Assembly: GCF_035084215.1 (NCBI RefSeq)
Contig: NC_090363.1
Location: 5,146,001-5,210,000 of the forward strand
From: Heptranchias perlo
Lineage: Eukaryota
Direction: 5' to 3'
DNA length: 64,000 nt
How positions within the stretch are numbered: the stretch's first letter is position 1; each line of letters begins with the position of its first letter. This document shows, piece after piece, positions 37,015-49,750 of this stretch. A program made the position numbers and the translations under genes. The notes beneath the pieces were generated by a model that did no database searches, was not told the origin of the DNA, and worked only from the letters and a program-made list of their open reading frames with translations.

Positions 37015-37910
37015 TCATCTGATATTTACTCACCCTGCCCTAATCCCCTGCTCTCTATTGCAGGCAGTTTATTATTAAGTATATTTATTATTAATAATGT
37101 AATAGTTACTCACTCTGCGCCGTCCCTGCTCCCTAGTGCAGGACTGTTTATTAATTAAAAGTATATTATTAATAATCTGATATTTACTCACCCTGTGCTA
37201 AGTTCTAACTGTCTGTAGCAGTACTGTTTATTAATTAAAAGTGTTTTATATTATTAATAATCTGATATTTACTCACCCTGCCTTGATTCCCTGATCTCTA
37301 TTGCAGAACTGTTTATTAATTAAAAGTATTATTAATAATGATATTCACTCACTCTGTGCCAAGTCCCTGCTCTCTGTAGCAGGAATGGTTCTTAATTAAA
37401 AGTATATTATTAATAATATGATATTCACTCACTCTGTGCCAAGTTCCTGCTCTCTGTAGCAGGAATGGTTCTTAATTAAAAGTATATTATTAATAATATG
37501 ATATTCACTCACTCTGTGCCAAGTCCCTGCTCTCTATTGCAGGACTGTTTATTAATTAAAAGTATATTATTAATAATGATATTCACTCACTCTGTGCCAA
37601 GTCCCTGCTCTCTGTAGCAGGAATGGTTCTTAATTAAAAGTATATTAATAATTTGATATTCACTCACCCCGTTCCAAGTTCCTTCTGTCTGTCACAGGAC
37701 CATTTATTAATTAATAATCTGTCCCGATTTCCTGCTCTCTATTGCATGACTGTTTTATTGTTAAATATATTAATAATCTGACACTCATTCACTCTGTGCC
37801 AAGTTCTTGCTCCTTGATGCAGGACTGTTTGTTAATTAAAAGTATTTATATTATTAATAATCTGATAGTCACTCACCCTGTGCCCAGATCCTGCTGTCTG
37901 TTGCCGGGTT
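37015..37910. repeat. ~80-bp AT-rich tandem repeat derived from the SAPCD exon 1/intron 1 junction
   Basis: ACTCAC(C/T)CTG recurs at ~37028, 37108, 37186, 37271, 37347, 37427, 37507, 37585 and (variant) 37662; the last copy, at 37871, is the real donor. Confidence 0.85.
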
Positions 37911-38363
37911 GACCGTCCCCTTTCCCCCCGGGTCCCGGTGCTCGCCGCCGCCCGGAGGTGAGCGGTCGGGGCGGCGCTGCTCCTGCCCGGGTCCCGACCG
38001 CAGGCTCTGGGTCTCGGGCTCTTCGTGCAGCGCCGTCCTGATGCCGTCCAGCAGGCGGGGGAAGGTGAGCTGGCCGGAGGGCGCCGCTACTCGGCGGAGG
38101 CACGGCATCAGCCCGGCGGGTAACGCCGGCTCCCGGCTGCCCTCCTCCCGCCAGCGGCTCTCGATCTCCTGGACGTGAACCGAGCCCCGACCCTCCTGGT
38201 CGAGGATGTCGAAGAGGGTCCGCAGGCTGAGCTGGAAAGCGCGGGGGAGGCAGCGCCCCTCCTCCCGGGGCTGAGGCTGGAGCTCGGGGGGCTGGGGCTG
38301 GGGCTGGGGCTGGTGCTCGGGCTGTGCCGCCCGGCTCACGGTGCTCAGCCCCGGCGCTGCCAT
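37877..38363 (-). CDS. SAPCD-family gene (SAPCD2-like or full-length SAPCD1), coding exon 1
   Basis: ATG at 38363; LPRAFQLSLRTLFDILD..GRG.VH..EIESRW and LRRVAAPSGQLTFPRLL match the SAPCD2 N-terminal domain. Donor CAGG|gtgagt at 37877, phase 1; lies in a CpG island. The paralogue cannot be resolved by eye. Confidence 0.9.
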
Positions 38364-38520
38364 CAGCCGGTGAGCGAGTGACTGAGCCGCAGCGGAGCCG
38401 AGGGGAGAGGAGCCGAGCCCCGGCTCATTGGACGACAGTCCCCCCGGGGCAGCTTCCTGAGCGCAGGCGGGGAGTCACTGAGCCTATCGGAGCGGCAGGG
38501 AAAGAGGGTCAGCGGCGTGT
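37900..38520. promoter_or_regulatory. CpG island over SAPCD exon 1 and its promoter
   Basis: High GC and CpG density relative to the AT-rich flanks. Confidence 0.7.
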
Positions 38521-39086
38521 GTGCCTGTGTGGAGCTACAGGGCTAAATGAGAGAGAAACAAGTAAACAAAGAAAGTGAGATGGAAAGAAATAGAAACAAA
38601 CACAACTACAGACCGAGATATAAACACAGACACAGAAATAGAAACTCAGAAATAGATATGAACAGGCGGATCAATAAACACAGAGATAGAATACAAGATA
38701 AATATAGACACAAAAACATATATAAAGATGGAAAAAACGTACAAATACCGATATAAACACAAATAAATACACAGATACTAGGATAGGGTCATTGGAGATA
38801 CATAGAAATAAATATATATGTAGCTGGAGATAGATGGATAAATAGGCAAGCATAGAGGAGTGGGTAAAGAAACATAGCCAGATGGAAAAATAAAACACAC
38901 AAATATACAGAAACGGATAGATAGACACAAAGATGCAGTTACTGGTACAGACATACATAATACACAGAAATAGACAACTACACGGAAACGGATGAAAAAT
39001 AGACTTATGTGCATATCTATCCCTGTTCTTCTGCATTTGTGTCCATCTACCCTATTCCTTCCTTCCCTCCCTCCTTCCTTCCTTCT

Positions 39087-40224
39087 CACTGTACCACCCA
39101 GTACCAGATTGTGAAAGGACAGTGTCTGACCCACTGCACCACCCAGTCCTAGAGGGGGAAAGGACAGTGCCTGACCCACTGCACCACCCAGTCCCAGAGG
39201 GGGAAAGGACAGTGTCTGACCCATTGTACCACCCAGTCCCAGAGGGGGAAAGGACAGTGTCTGACCCACTGTACCACCCAGTCCCAGAGGGGAAATGGAC
39301 AGTGTCTGACCCACTGTACCACCCAGTCCCAGAGGGGGAAAGGACAGTATCTGACCCACTGCACCACCCAGTCCCAGAGGGGGAAAGGACAGTGTCTGAC
39401 CCACTGTACCACCCAGTCCCAGAGGGGGAAAGGACAGTGTCTGACCCACTGTACCACCCAGTCCCAGAGGGGAAATGGACAGTGTCTGACCCACTGTACC
39501 ACCCAGTCCCAAAGGGGGAAAGGACAGTATCTGACCCACCGCACTACCCAGTCCCAGAGGGGGAAAGGACAGTGTCTGACCCACTGTACCACCCAGTCCC
39601 AGAAGGGGAAAGGACAGTGTCTGACCCACTGTACCACCCAGTCCCAGAGGGGGAAAGGTCAGTATCTGACCCACCGCACTACCCAGTCCCAGAGGGGGAA
39701 AGGACAGTGCCTGACCCACTGTATCACCCAGTCCCAGAAGGGGAAAGGACAGTGTCTGACCCACTGTACCACCCAGTCCCAGAGGGGGAAAGGTCAGTAT
39801 CTGACCCACCGCACTACCCAGTCCCAGAGGGGGAAAGGACAGTGCCTGACCCACTGTATCACCCAGTCCCAGAGGGGAAAAGGACAGTGTCTGACCCACT
39901 GTACCACCCAGTCCCAGAGGGGGAAAGGACAGTGTCTGACCCACTGTACCACCCAGTCCCAGAAGGGGAAAGGACAGTGTCTGACCCACTGTACCACCCA
40001 GTCCCAGAGGGGGAAAGGACAGTATCTGACCCACCGCACTACCCAGTCCCAGAGGGGGAAAGGACAGTGCCTGACCCACTGTATCACCCAGTCCCAGAGG
40101 GGAAAAGGACAGTGTCTGACCCACTGTACCACCCAGTCCCAGAGGGGGAAAGGACAGTGTCTGACCCACTGTACCACCCAGTACCAGAGGGGGAAAGGAC
40201 AGTGTCTGACCCACTGCATCACCC
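39087..40224 (-). repeat. 45-bp tandem array 3 (same unit, inverted), upstream of SAPCD
   Basis: About 25 units, reverse complement of arrays 1 and 2. Confidence 0.97.
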
Positions 40225-41659
40225 AATTTCCCTTCTAGTTTAGGTGTTCTAAAATAGTTATGTGTACTTTGCAGTGTGATGACAGAGCCCGATCGATTTA
40301 TTTAGTATTTACTCATGAAGTTCGAGGAATACGGGGATAGGGCTGGATTGCTCTTGCAAAGAGCCGGCATGGACTCCATGGGCCGAATGGCCTCGTTCCG
40401 TGCTGTAACCTTCCTTTGATTCTATGAATTTGTCAACCAATTCCAAAATCAATGGTTCAGAATTTGTCAATAGGAAATGTGCATGTAGATTATTAACAAG
40501 ACCGGGAAACCAATCTTGAAACAAATTGGCAGATTTGTTTTGTGTCTAATGTTAATTCTTTACGTTTTTCCTTGATTATTTTTTACCCCAGAGAGGAAAA
40601 TGTCACAACTACTCTAATTTTGAGATGTCAACAAAACCGTTACATATCAGCAGCTTGAATATTTGGTGACTAGATTTAATCTGATAAACTAAGAATCCGA
40701 ATTATTGACTTGATAAGGAGAGAACTTGTGACTACAATTAAAACTTAGTTATGTTTTGCACATAATACAAGGCGTTTTCCATAGAAAATGGGTCAAGATG
40801 GTAATGGGACGCTGCGGTTACCTCACTAAATTGGGAAAGGGAATAAAAACAGCTCCTGATTGATATCTGGTGATTCCCCGCTGGAATGTACCACGTGAGG
40901 ACGTGATCAAGCTCAGCCGCGAAAGCCTCCACAGTCGAATAGCCCACCGATACTCACTGTCCAGGCTCTCACACACGAAGAATGAGCATTTCGGTGCAGT
41001 ACTGGAGAATTGCTGCCTGTGGAATTGTCACCTCAAAAAGAGTCAAAAGAAATAACTAAACAAAAAAAAAGACTGCGGATGCTGGAAATCTGAAACAAGA
41101 CCCGATGGGCGGCCCTGCCAGGTGAAGCTCTACGGCGGCAAGGTGAAGCCAAAAAATTTTGGACGTTGATAAAAAAATACAAAATCGCCATGTAGCTTTA
41201 TGTTAAAGTGAAGGGGGAATTTTGTCCCAAAGGAATCATGAACAGAATACCTTGCCTTTTAAAAAATACATGAAATTGCTGTTGCAGATGCAGTTGCCTA
41301 AAGCGTCTGGGGGTCCATCCGTCATTGTAACCTTTGTTTTAAACAGTTTAATCTGTTCACGAGCAGAGAAATGGCAATAAAGCGCATCAAAACATCTGAA
41401 CCCTGGCTATCACTGACAGTGATGCCTAGATTCGTAATTCTTTTCATTAGGAGCACGATAGCACCGCCTCTTGGCAAGTACCTGTCAATACAGGGACTAA
41501 AAAAACACAAACTCCCTGTGCAACTTATCGTATAGGCCTGGTGTCACTTTGGGCGTAATTTTAACCTAACTTGCCAGTTGGGTATCCTACAGGAGCGGGT
41601 GGAACGCTGGTTTTACACCCCGTCCGATTTTACTCTCCCTTGAACCCAACAGAGAGTAA

Positions 41660-41892
41660 GGGGGGTGATTTTAAACCCCAAGAACGGGTGGGTTGGGGGC
41701 GGGTGGGAGTTGAAAATAGTTTTTTTTTTGGGTCGCAACCGCAAAACTTTTGGACTTTGCATTCCCAGTGGGAAGCTTGTGCTTTTACGCCTGGAAATAA
41801 AGCCGGGTTGCGGTCCCGACCCAAAAGAACAACTATTTTCAACTCCCACCCGCCCCCAACCCACCCGTTCCTGGGGGTTTAAAATTACCCCC
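41660..41892. mobile_element. Harbinger-type MITE with long TIRs, nested in an older MITE
   Basis: ~60-bp TIRs (GGGGGTGATTTTAAACCCC...); TAA on both sides (41657-41659, 41893-41895). Confidence 0.85.
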
Positions 41893-44800
41893 TAATATTG
41901 GGGTTTCCTGCCCAGCGAGATAGGGCCCATGTCATGTTGTCATCAGCTGCTGGCAGCTGTAAAGGTTGTTAGCCTTGATTAAAAATGTTTTATCTCTACT
42001 CCCCAGTGGCTTAATAGGTATGTGCCTGCCTGAGGTGATACCCCCGCGGGCCCTACAGAGCAGGATTGACTCCTGCTATGCGCTGGGGTAGCTGACCTTA
42101 CCCGGGGCAGCAGTGTCCCCTTTGTGATAGAGATGAGAAAAGTCAGCCAGGGTTCCTGCTCCCAATTGCTATCCCATTATTCCTGCTGGAAAGTCCGTCC
42201 GTGCATGCGTGTGAAGAACGGGCCAGTATAGGATGGATCTTGGCCGTGGTGCTCACCACACTCTGCAGACATCCACCAGGCTGACACATGGCAGAATGGT
42301 ACTGGAGGGCGTGGAAATCTATCCCAGCAGGAGTCAGGAAAGAAATAGATAAACCAAAAGGGAGTCACTGATTCCAGCAGAGATGGGAGAAAATGCCCTC
42401 ACCGCTGTTGGCTTCTATATTTTATGTACCAGGGCCTGTTATTTCTTAATAATCAAACATAAGGCATAGCTGGGTCGCAACTTTCTGCCACTCAGTGCCA
42501 CCAGTGGGGCTTTGCACAAAGTAGGCGGCTTATCGCGGGCGCACTGTCGTGGGCCTGTGATTTTCTGATGAGCCCCAGGCTGTGTGAGTGGGAGTCTCGG
42601 AAAATTCAGCCCAGGGTCTCCACCCTAAATGGGAAACTATCTTTTCTCTTTTCAGATCCCCATTGATCTGCTGGGTATTTTCAGCCTCTCCCGTTGCTAA
42701 TTCAGAGGATTCTTTGCAGTTTGTTATACTTTCTGATTATTGTTACATTTCATCATCAACGGTCCCCTATCATCCTGCACCTTTTTGTCATAACCTGCTG
42801 TGCAGAGGAGGGATGTAGCCTGCAGAATAACTCCGTTTGAAATCATCTTTTTTTTGTTCTGCAATATCGCTCTCTTTTAATTCATAGAATCGTTTAGCAC
42901 GGAAGGAGGCCATTCAGCCCTTCGTGCCAGTGTCGGCTCTTTGAAACAGCTATCCAATCAGTCCCACTCCCCTGTGCTCTTTCCCCCCTAGCCCTGCATT
43001 TTTTTTTCCTTTTTAAGTATTTATCCAATTCCCTTTTGAAAGTTACGATTGAATCTGCTTCCAACGCCCTTTCAGGCAGCGCATTCCAGATCATAACAAC
43101 TCACCGAGTGAAAAAAAATTCTGCCTTTTTTGCCAATTATCTTAAATCTGTGTCTTCTGTTTAAATAGAATTACATAGAATGTGCAGCACAGAAACAGGC
43201 CATTCGGCCCAACAGGTCCATGCCGGTGTTAATGCTCCACACGAGCCTCCTCCCTCCCTACTTCATCTTACCTTTGTTAGATATATATCTTGCCATCATC
43301 TTGAGATTATGGACATAGGCTAATGGGCTCATGCAGGAGCATAATTTCGGGTATAACTTCCCGATTACACCCAGAAACATGTGCAATACAAAGGATGTAA
43401 AGCAGACACCCTGTAAAAAAAATCAAGGAAACTCGGGCACAATTGTGTTACACACGTAATTACACTACACCCGAATTGCCTTGCTCTTTTACACTTGTCT
43501 TTAGATCCCTTGGTAGAATACCAAAAATAGATCACAGCTTTTGCAGGCAAAGTACGTAAAAATATTTATTTATGGTTAAATGTAAAAAAAAAGTGCATAA
43601 CAGAATTCAAAATGAAGCATAACAGAATAAAAACACAACGCAACACAGAAATCAGAATAGCAAAATCTGGAAGGGGTTAATTTCCCCTTTCTAATCATTT
43701 CTAAGGAGTTTAAAATAATGAAAGGATTCAAAATGTAGATAAAAAAGAAACTATTTCCTCCTGTAGGGGAAACCCAGAACAAAGAAGGCATCATCTTAAA
43801 ATTAGAGCCAGGCCTTTCAGGAGTGAAATCAGGAAGCATTTCTTCACAAAAAGGGTAGTAGAAATCTAGAACTCTCTCCCCCTAAAAGGCTGTGGGTACT
43901 GGGGAATAATTGAAGCTTTCGAGACTGAGATTGACAGATTTTTTGTTAGGTAAGGGTATCAAGGGACATGGAGCTAAGGCGGGTAAATGGGTTTGAGGTA
44001 CAGATTAGCCGTGATCTAGTTGAATGACAGAACAGACTCAAGGGGCTGAAAGGCGTACTCCCATTCCTACGCTCTCTTGAAGTCCTGTATAAATCTTTTT
44101 GGTTTCAAGCAACATAGCTCAGGTGCTCTGCATTATTGGAATTGGGTTGCATCATCGGTATAGCAGCACCACCAAGATTGACCCCTGACTCCAGTCGATC
44201 CCCTGGCCTTGGGGGAAGGGGGAGTATTGGGTGGTGGGGGGGGGGGGGTTGAGACTGTGGTCACTTTAATATTTTTGGTCAGCTCTCGGCCTCTACCCCA
44301 GAAGTCAGCCTAGAGTGGGGGTGAATCTTGGCTTTGGTCATGATGCTCCGGCTATCATGGTGTGTGGGTTGGCGAGCTTGATGGGCCAGCTGGTCTTTTC
44401 TTGCCCGTCAATTTTTTATGTCCGTATGTAACCTTCGAAACAGCAGCACACGGTCTGATCGTTCGCTGATAGAGACACGAATTGAGACACAGACGGTGAT
44501 AAATGGTCCATTCCCCGTTCGCAGTAAACATTACTTGTTCTCAGGCCCACTGTCCTTAGCCGGTGATCCGACAGAGGCTTCCCACCTCTGTTCAGGTCAG
44601 GAATAAAAGAAAAAAGGAAGTTACAACATCGTCTATATTACATATGACAAAGCTGTTTCCTTTTTTTTACAAAAAGGAGTGGCACAGTCAGCAAATGCAC
44701 CATCTGGTGTGACATGGAGTTGTGTAAACTGTATAGATCTACAGTTCATTTAGGGTTGGAGACTTCATTACATGACCTCCTGCCTTCAATCGCTCTCCCC

Positions 44801-47800
44801 CAACCATGCTCCCCGACATTGTTCGCCAGATACGCCCATCCTCGTGACCCACCGCCTTCCCACGGCCAATTGGAAAGTGAACAGATTCTTCGTTACATGA
44901 TTGGATGATTCTTGACTGTTGGTCAACCAGCCTTTTTTTGACCATCTCCAATATTTTTATAACTAATAAACAAAAGTGTTCACAGCATAATGAAAAAAAG
45001 AACGCACAATATTTTTAATGCCCCTATCATTTTTGTCTTGGTTTTGTTTGCAGCAGCATCCTAGAGATTAACCTATAATGGAGACTCCTGGAGGGTTGGC
45101 AACCCTAGATCCGATGCCCTTGTCTGTGATGAGTTAGCTGAACTCAGTTAGGGCAGCAGTCGGGATGTTAGAATTTGTTTCATCACTCTATAAGGGCCCT
45201 ACTTGAAATGAGTTCTGGGCATTTGTGGGCTAGGATTAGTAAAATAAGCATGAAAGCTTCAGAAATTGTTGTAAACAGCCAACAGATATCTGGTCTGGCC
45301 TACATGTGACTCCAGTCCCACGTGGTTGACTCTTAATGCCCTCTGAAGGTTAGTATCAAGAGGACACAGGTTTAAGATAATTGGCTAAAGAACAAGAGGG
45401 GAGATGAGGAGAATTTTTTTTTTTTTGCCCAGCAAGTTGTTCTGATCAGGAATGCACTGCCTGAAAGGGCGGTGGAAGCAGATTCAGTAGTAACTTTCAA
45501 AATGGAATTGGAGATATACTTAAAAAGGAAAACATTATGCAGGGCTATGGGGAAAGAACATAGAAATGGGGAGTGGGACTAATTGGATCGCTCTTTCAAA
45601 GAGCTGGTACAGGCACGATGGGCCGAATGGCCGCCTTCCGTGTTGTAAGATTCTATGATTCTAAGTGGCCTAACAGTTGTGGACCATCAGAAATTCCATA
45701 ATAAGGTGCACCATCACCACAAGGGACCAAGGCAACCAGGGATGGGCAATAAATGTGGCCTTGCCAGCGTCACCGACATCCTGAGAACCAATGTAAAAAA
45801 AACATATGACTGAGGAGACTTCTATCCCATCAACCTGGTTTGGACTGAAACCCAGGTCTATGCACTACTGCACTACTCAGTTCCAATAGTTATTTTATAA
45901 TATCAATTACACTCACAGATGATGCTTCACCCTCCACTCTTGTCTCCGAAGGCTGAGGGGTGACCTGAAAGAGGTCTTTAAGATAATGAAAGAGTTTGAT
46001 AGGGTAGATGTAGAGAAAATATTTCCACTTGTGGGGGAGTCCAAAACTAGAGGTCATAAATATAAGATAATCACTAATAAATCCATTAAGGGAATTCAGG
46101 AGAAACTTCTTTACCCAGAGAGTGGTTAGAACGTGGAACTTGCTACCAGCAGGAGTAGTTGAGCCAAATAGCATAGATGAATTTAAGGGGAAGCTCGATA
46201 AACACATGAGGGAGAAAGAAATAGAAGGATATATTGATGGGGTTAGATGAAGTATGGAGGGAGGAGGCTCTTGTGGAGCAGAAATGGCAGCATAGACCAG
46301 TTGGGCCGAATGGCCTGTTTCTGTGCTGTAGACTCGCTGTAACTCGATTATCTGAAATTTACATTATTAATGTCACATTAATTTGTTTTGAACATTTCTA
46401 GGTTTGTAAAAGCAAAATCGGTAAGTACCTGGTTCCTCTGTCGACATGTCACTTCCTGACAAAGTAAGCCACAAGTCCAAGAAGAAACAAGAGTTTTGCA
46501 CAAGTAAGTGACGCCATTGTCAGTACAATGTGTACTGGAATTATCTTTGTTGTCGTCTCATTGGAGCCAAGAGTATCTCCTGTAATATTATCTTCGAAGC
46601 CTGAGCCTACCTCAGAAACATCGATGGGTAATCGCGAATCAGAAACTTCAAGTGGCAAAGCCCAACCGCAGATTCCTACAAGGTAAGATTTTTTTTGAAA
46701 AAAAGAGATTAGAAGTTCCTCAAAGTGTTTCAGTCTAAAATCACACGGGCCAGGATTTTCCACTTCAGAATTCCAGAGCAGATTAGACGAGCATATGGAG
46801 AAATTCTGCATCCTCCCCACCCCCCCAACCTGTGATTTTCCAACCACCAAAAAAAAAATCATGGGCTGGAGGTCTGGAATTTCCCCAGTTGCGCTCCTAG
46901 TGTACACCAGGACTTCTGAAAGCGGAAAAATCCATCCACAAAAGTTCAGCAATGGCCCATTCCTATGAGTATCACTTCAGTGTAATCTCTTCCACTACAA
47001 TGGCGATTAATCTATGGCCTTTCAGCACCTCCCCTTCATTCTGGACATGCGAAATGATGCAAGAAAAGGCTTGTCATTTTGCCTCCAGCCTTCAGATTCC
47101 TTTCCCTACATTACAACAATGACTACACTTCAAAAGCACTTCATTGGCTGTAAAGCGCTTTGGGACGTCCTGAGGTCATGAAAGACGCTATGTAAATACA
47201 AATTGTTTCCTTTTTTTCCGTCTCCTTTCTCTCTTACCATTGTAATCGTTCATGTCTGTCTATTTTATCGATTCTCCAATGGTCTCTGCCTCTCCTGAAC
47301 TTTTCTATGTTGTTCCTCCTAAGTACCAAACATGATGCCCGACTCGATCGTCCTCCACTCGCGTCCTCACAGTGTTGAAGTTGAGACCCAGCACATTGCC
47401 TTCTAGTCCAGCTCATTCTTCCCCAAACCTCAAAGCCGTGGTAACCCCCTCAACCTCCTTCCCCTCCTACAAGCTTCAGGCTTTTAAGCCCCAAACTTGG
47501 CACCGCTTAGTCGCTACCCCTCAATTTACTTCTGTCTTCTCTTTTGCTCTTCTCAGCCTCTGTAGGTGCCCCGCACTTGTCCCCTTCACCTTGGTTTCTC
47601 AATGAAAAAAACAAAGCCTTGACCCATTTCTGTAGCCGGTAAGACCTCATACTGTGAGCCCTTCTCCCAAGATGTTGGGCCACGGGCAATCGGGGTGAAG
47701 TAGCTGTATTCTGAACTAAGTTTACAACCAACGGGGGCAGACTAGGTTTTGCGTCGTAGCACAAAACAGGCGGTAGCGAATCGGACGTCTGTTTTACAAC

Positions 47801-48779
47801 CCGGCCGATTATCTTCCCCTTTGGCTGAAGACCAATGTCCCCCTCCCCAACCCCCGCAATACCTTTAATTCAATTGTTTACGTTGACTTACCAGAAATGG
47901 GCAGAAACAGAACAAACGTTAAATGGATGCTACCTTTACCAGCCATTTTTGCTGAGCACTGTTTTTTTTGTCTGAGTTAGTTCCTTTCCTTCAAAAGGAA
48001 AAAAGGTTTGAATTTCCTCTTTTTGTTTCATTTGAACCCAGACGATTTTAGCCAAAGGAAGCAGTTGTTTGCACACAGGAATTGCACGGTATGACTAAAT
48101 GGTCATTGTGGTTAGAACGACCAACTGTACTGTTGGTGACAAGAAAGGAAATGGGTGAGCTTTTCTGCGACAATAGTCTCCGAACGCTTACCCTGTTGCT
48201 GACACCCTGGTGTCACTTTATTTTATCGATACTGCTACCGTCAGCTTTCCCACTCTAACAGATTCTTTTCCAGAAACCTCGGAACTGTGGAACTCCTTGC
48301 GATGAGAAGCAGGAATTTATACGTTTATTTCATCTGATTTTTAAATTATGGAGGCTGTGTTTTCCCTTCGAATGTGGACGCTGCTGCTCTCTCTCTCGCT
48401 TCACTAATTTTCTAAATGGACGATAGGAGGCAGTCTGCAAGTAAGAGCCAAATGGGGTAGGTTTTGGGTGATAGTGTAAAATAGGTGATAGCAAATCCGC
48501 AACCCGTTTTACATCTTTCCCCGTTTTTATTTCCACTGGCTTACAACTATCGCACAAAGTCAAAATCTACCCCAATGTCTTTTGCTCAAATGGCCATCAA
48601 ACAGGCTTAAAATGCTTGAGGGAGGAGTGTAGGGGGCAGATTTCCTTGTCTATGTACCTGAGGGTCTTGGATTGCCAGGGCTCAGTGAATACAGGAAATT
48701 CGGGTGAGTAGAAGCGAACAGGTGTATGGGAGCCCGTCCGATTTATGGTCCGTTTACGTGAGCAGGCATGAGAAAATAA

Positions 48780-49750
48780 AAAGAAAGAAAGATAGAACTT
48801 GCATTTCTACAGCACTTTTCACGGTCCCAGAAGGTCCCACAGCACTTTACAACCAATGAAGTATTTTGAAGTGTAGTCACTGTTGTAATGCAGGGAAACG
48901 TGGTGGCAGCCAATTTGCACACAGCAAGATCCCAGAAACAGCAATGTAATAATGACCACTTCATCGGTTTTAATAATGTTGGTTGAGGGATAAATATTGG
49001 CCAGGGCACGAGAGAGAACGCCCTTCAAAATAGTGGCCATGGGATCTTTCACGTCCTCCTGAGAGGGCAGATTCGGTTTAACTTCTCATCCAAAAGATGG
49101 AACCTCCGACAGTGCAGCACTCTCTCAGTACTGCACTGAGGTGTCATGGAATCGTAGACTCATTGAATGATACAGCACAGAAGGAAGCCATTCGGCCCAC
49201 TGTGCCTGTGCCAGCTCTTTAAAAGAGCTATCCAATTAGTCCCACTCCCCCTGCTCTTTCTTCATAACCCTGCAAATTTTTCCCCTTCAAATGTTTATCC
49301 AATTCCATTTTGAAAGTTATTATTGAATCTGCTTCCACCACTCTTTCAGGCAGTGCATTCCAGATCATAACAACTTGCAGCGTATAAAAAATTTCTCCTC
49401 TGGTTCTTTTGCCAATTACCTTAAATCTGTATCCTCTAGTTACCGCCCCTTCTGCCACAGGAAACAGTTTCTCCTTATTTACTCTATCAAAGCCCTGCAT
49501 GATTTTGAACACCTCTATCAAATCTCCCCTCAACCTTCTCTGCTCTAAGGAGAACAACCCAGCTTCTCTAATCTCTCCACTTAACTGAAGTCCCACATCC
49601 CTTGCACCATTCTAGCAAATCTCTTCTACACCCTCTCTAAGGCCTTGATATCCTTCCTAAAGTCTGGATTTTGGCTAAAGTCTCTGTAGTGGGGCTTAAA
49701 ACCACAGCCTTCTGGCTCAGAGGTGAGACGGTTACCCACTGAGCCACTGC
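48780..49750 (-). mobile_element. Deu-domain SINE interrupted by a CR1 3' fragment (~49150-49660)
   Basis: SINE tail and core at 48780-49145, head at 49665-49750; the CR1 peptide LGLFSLEQRRLRGDLIEVFKI-like lies between them. Confidence 0.8.
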
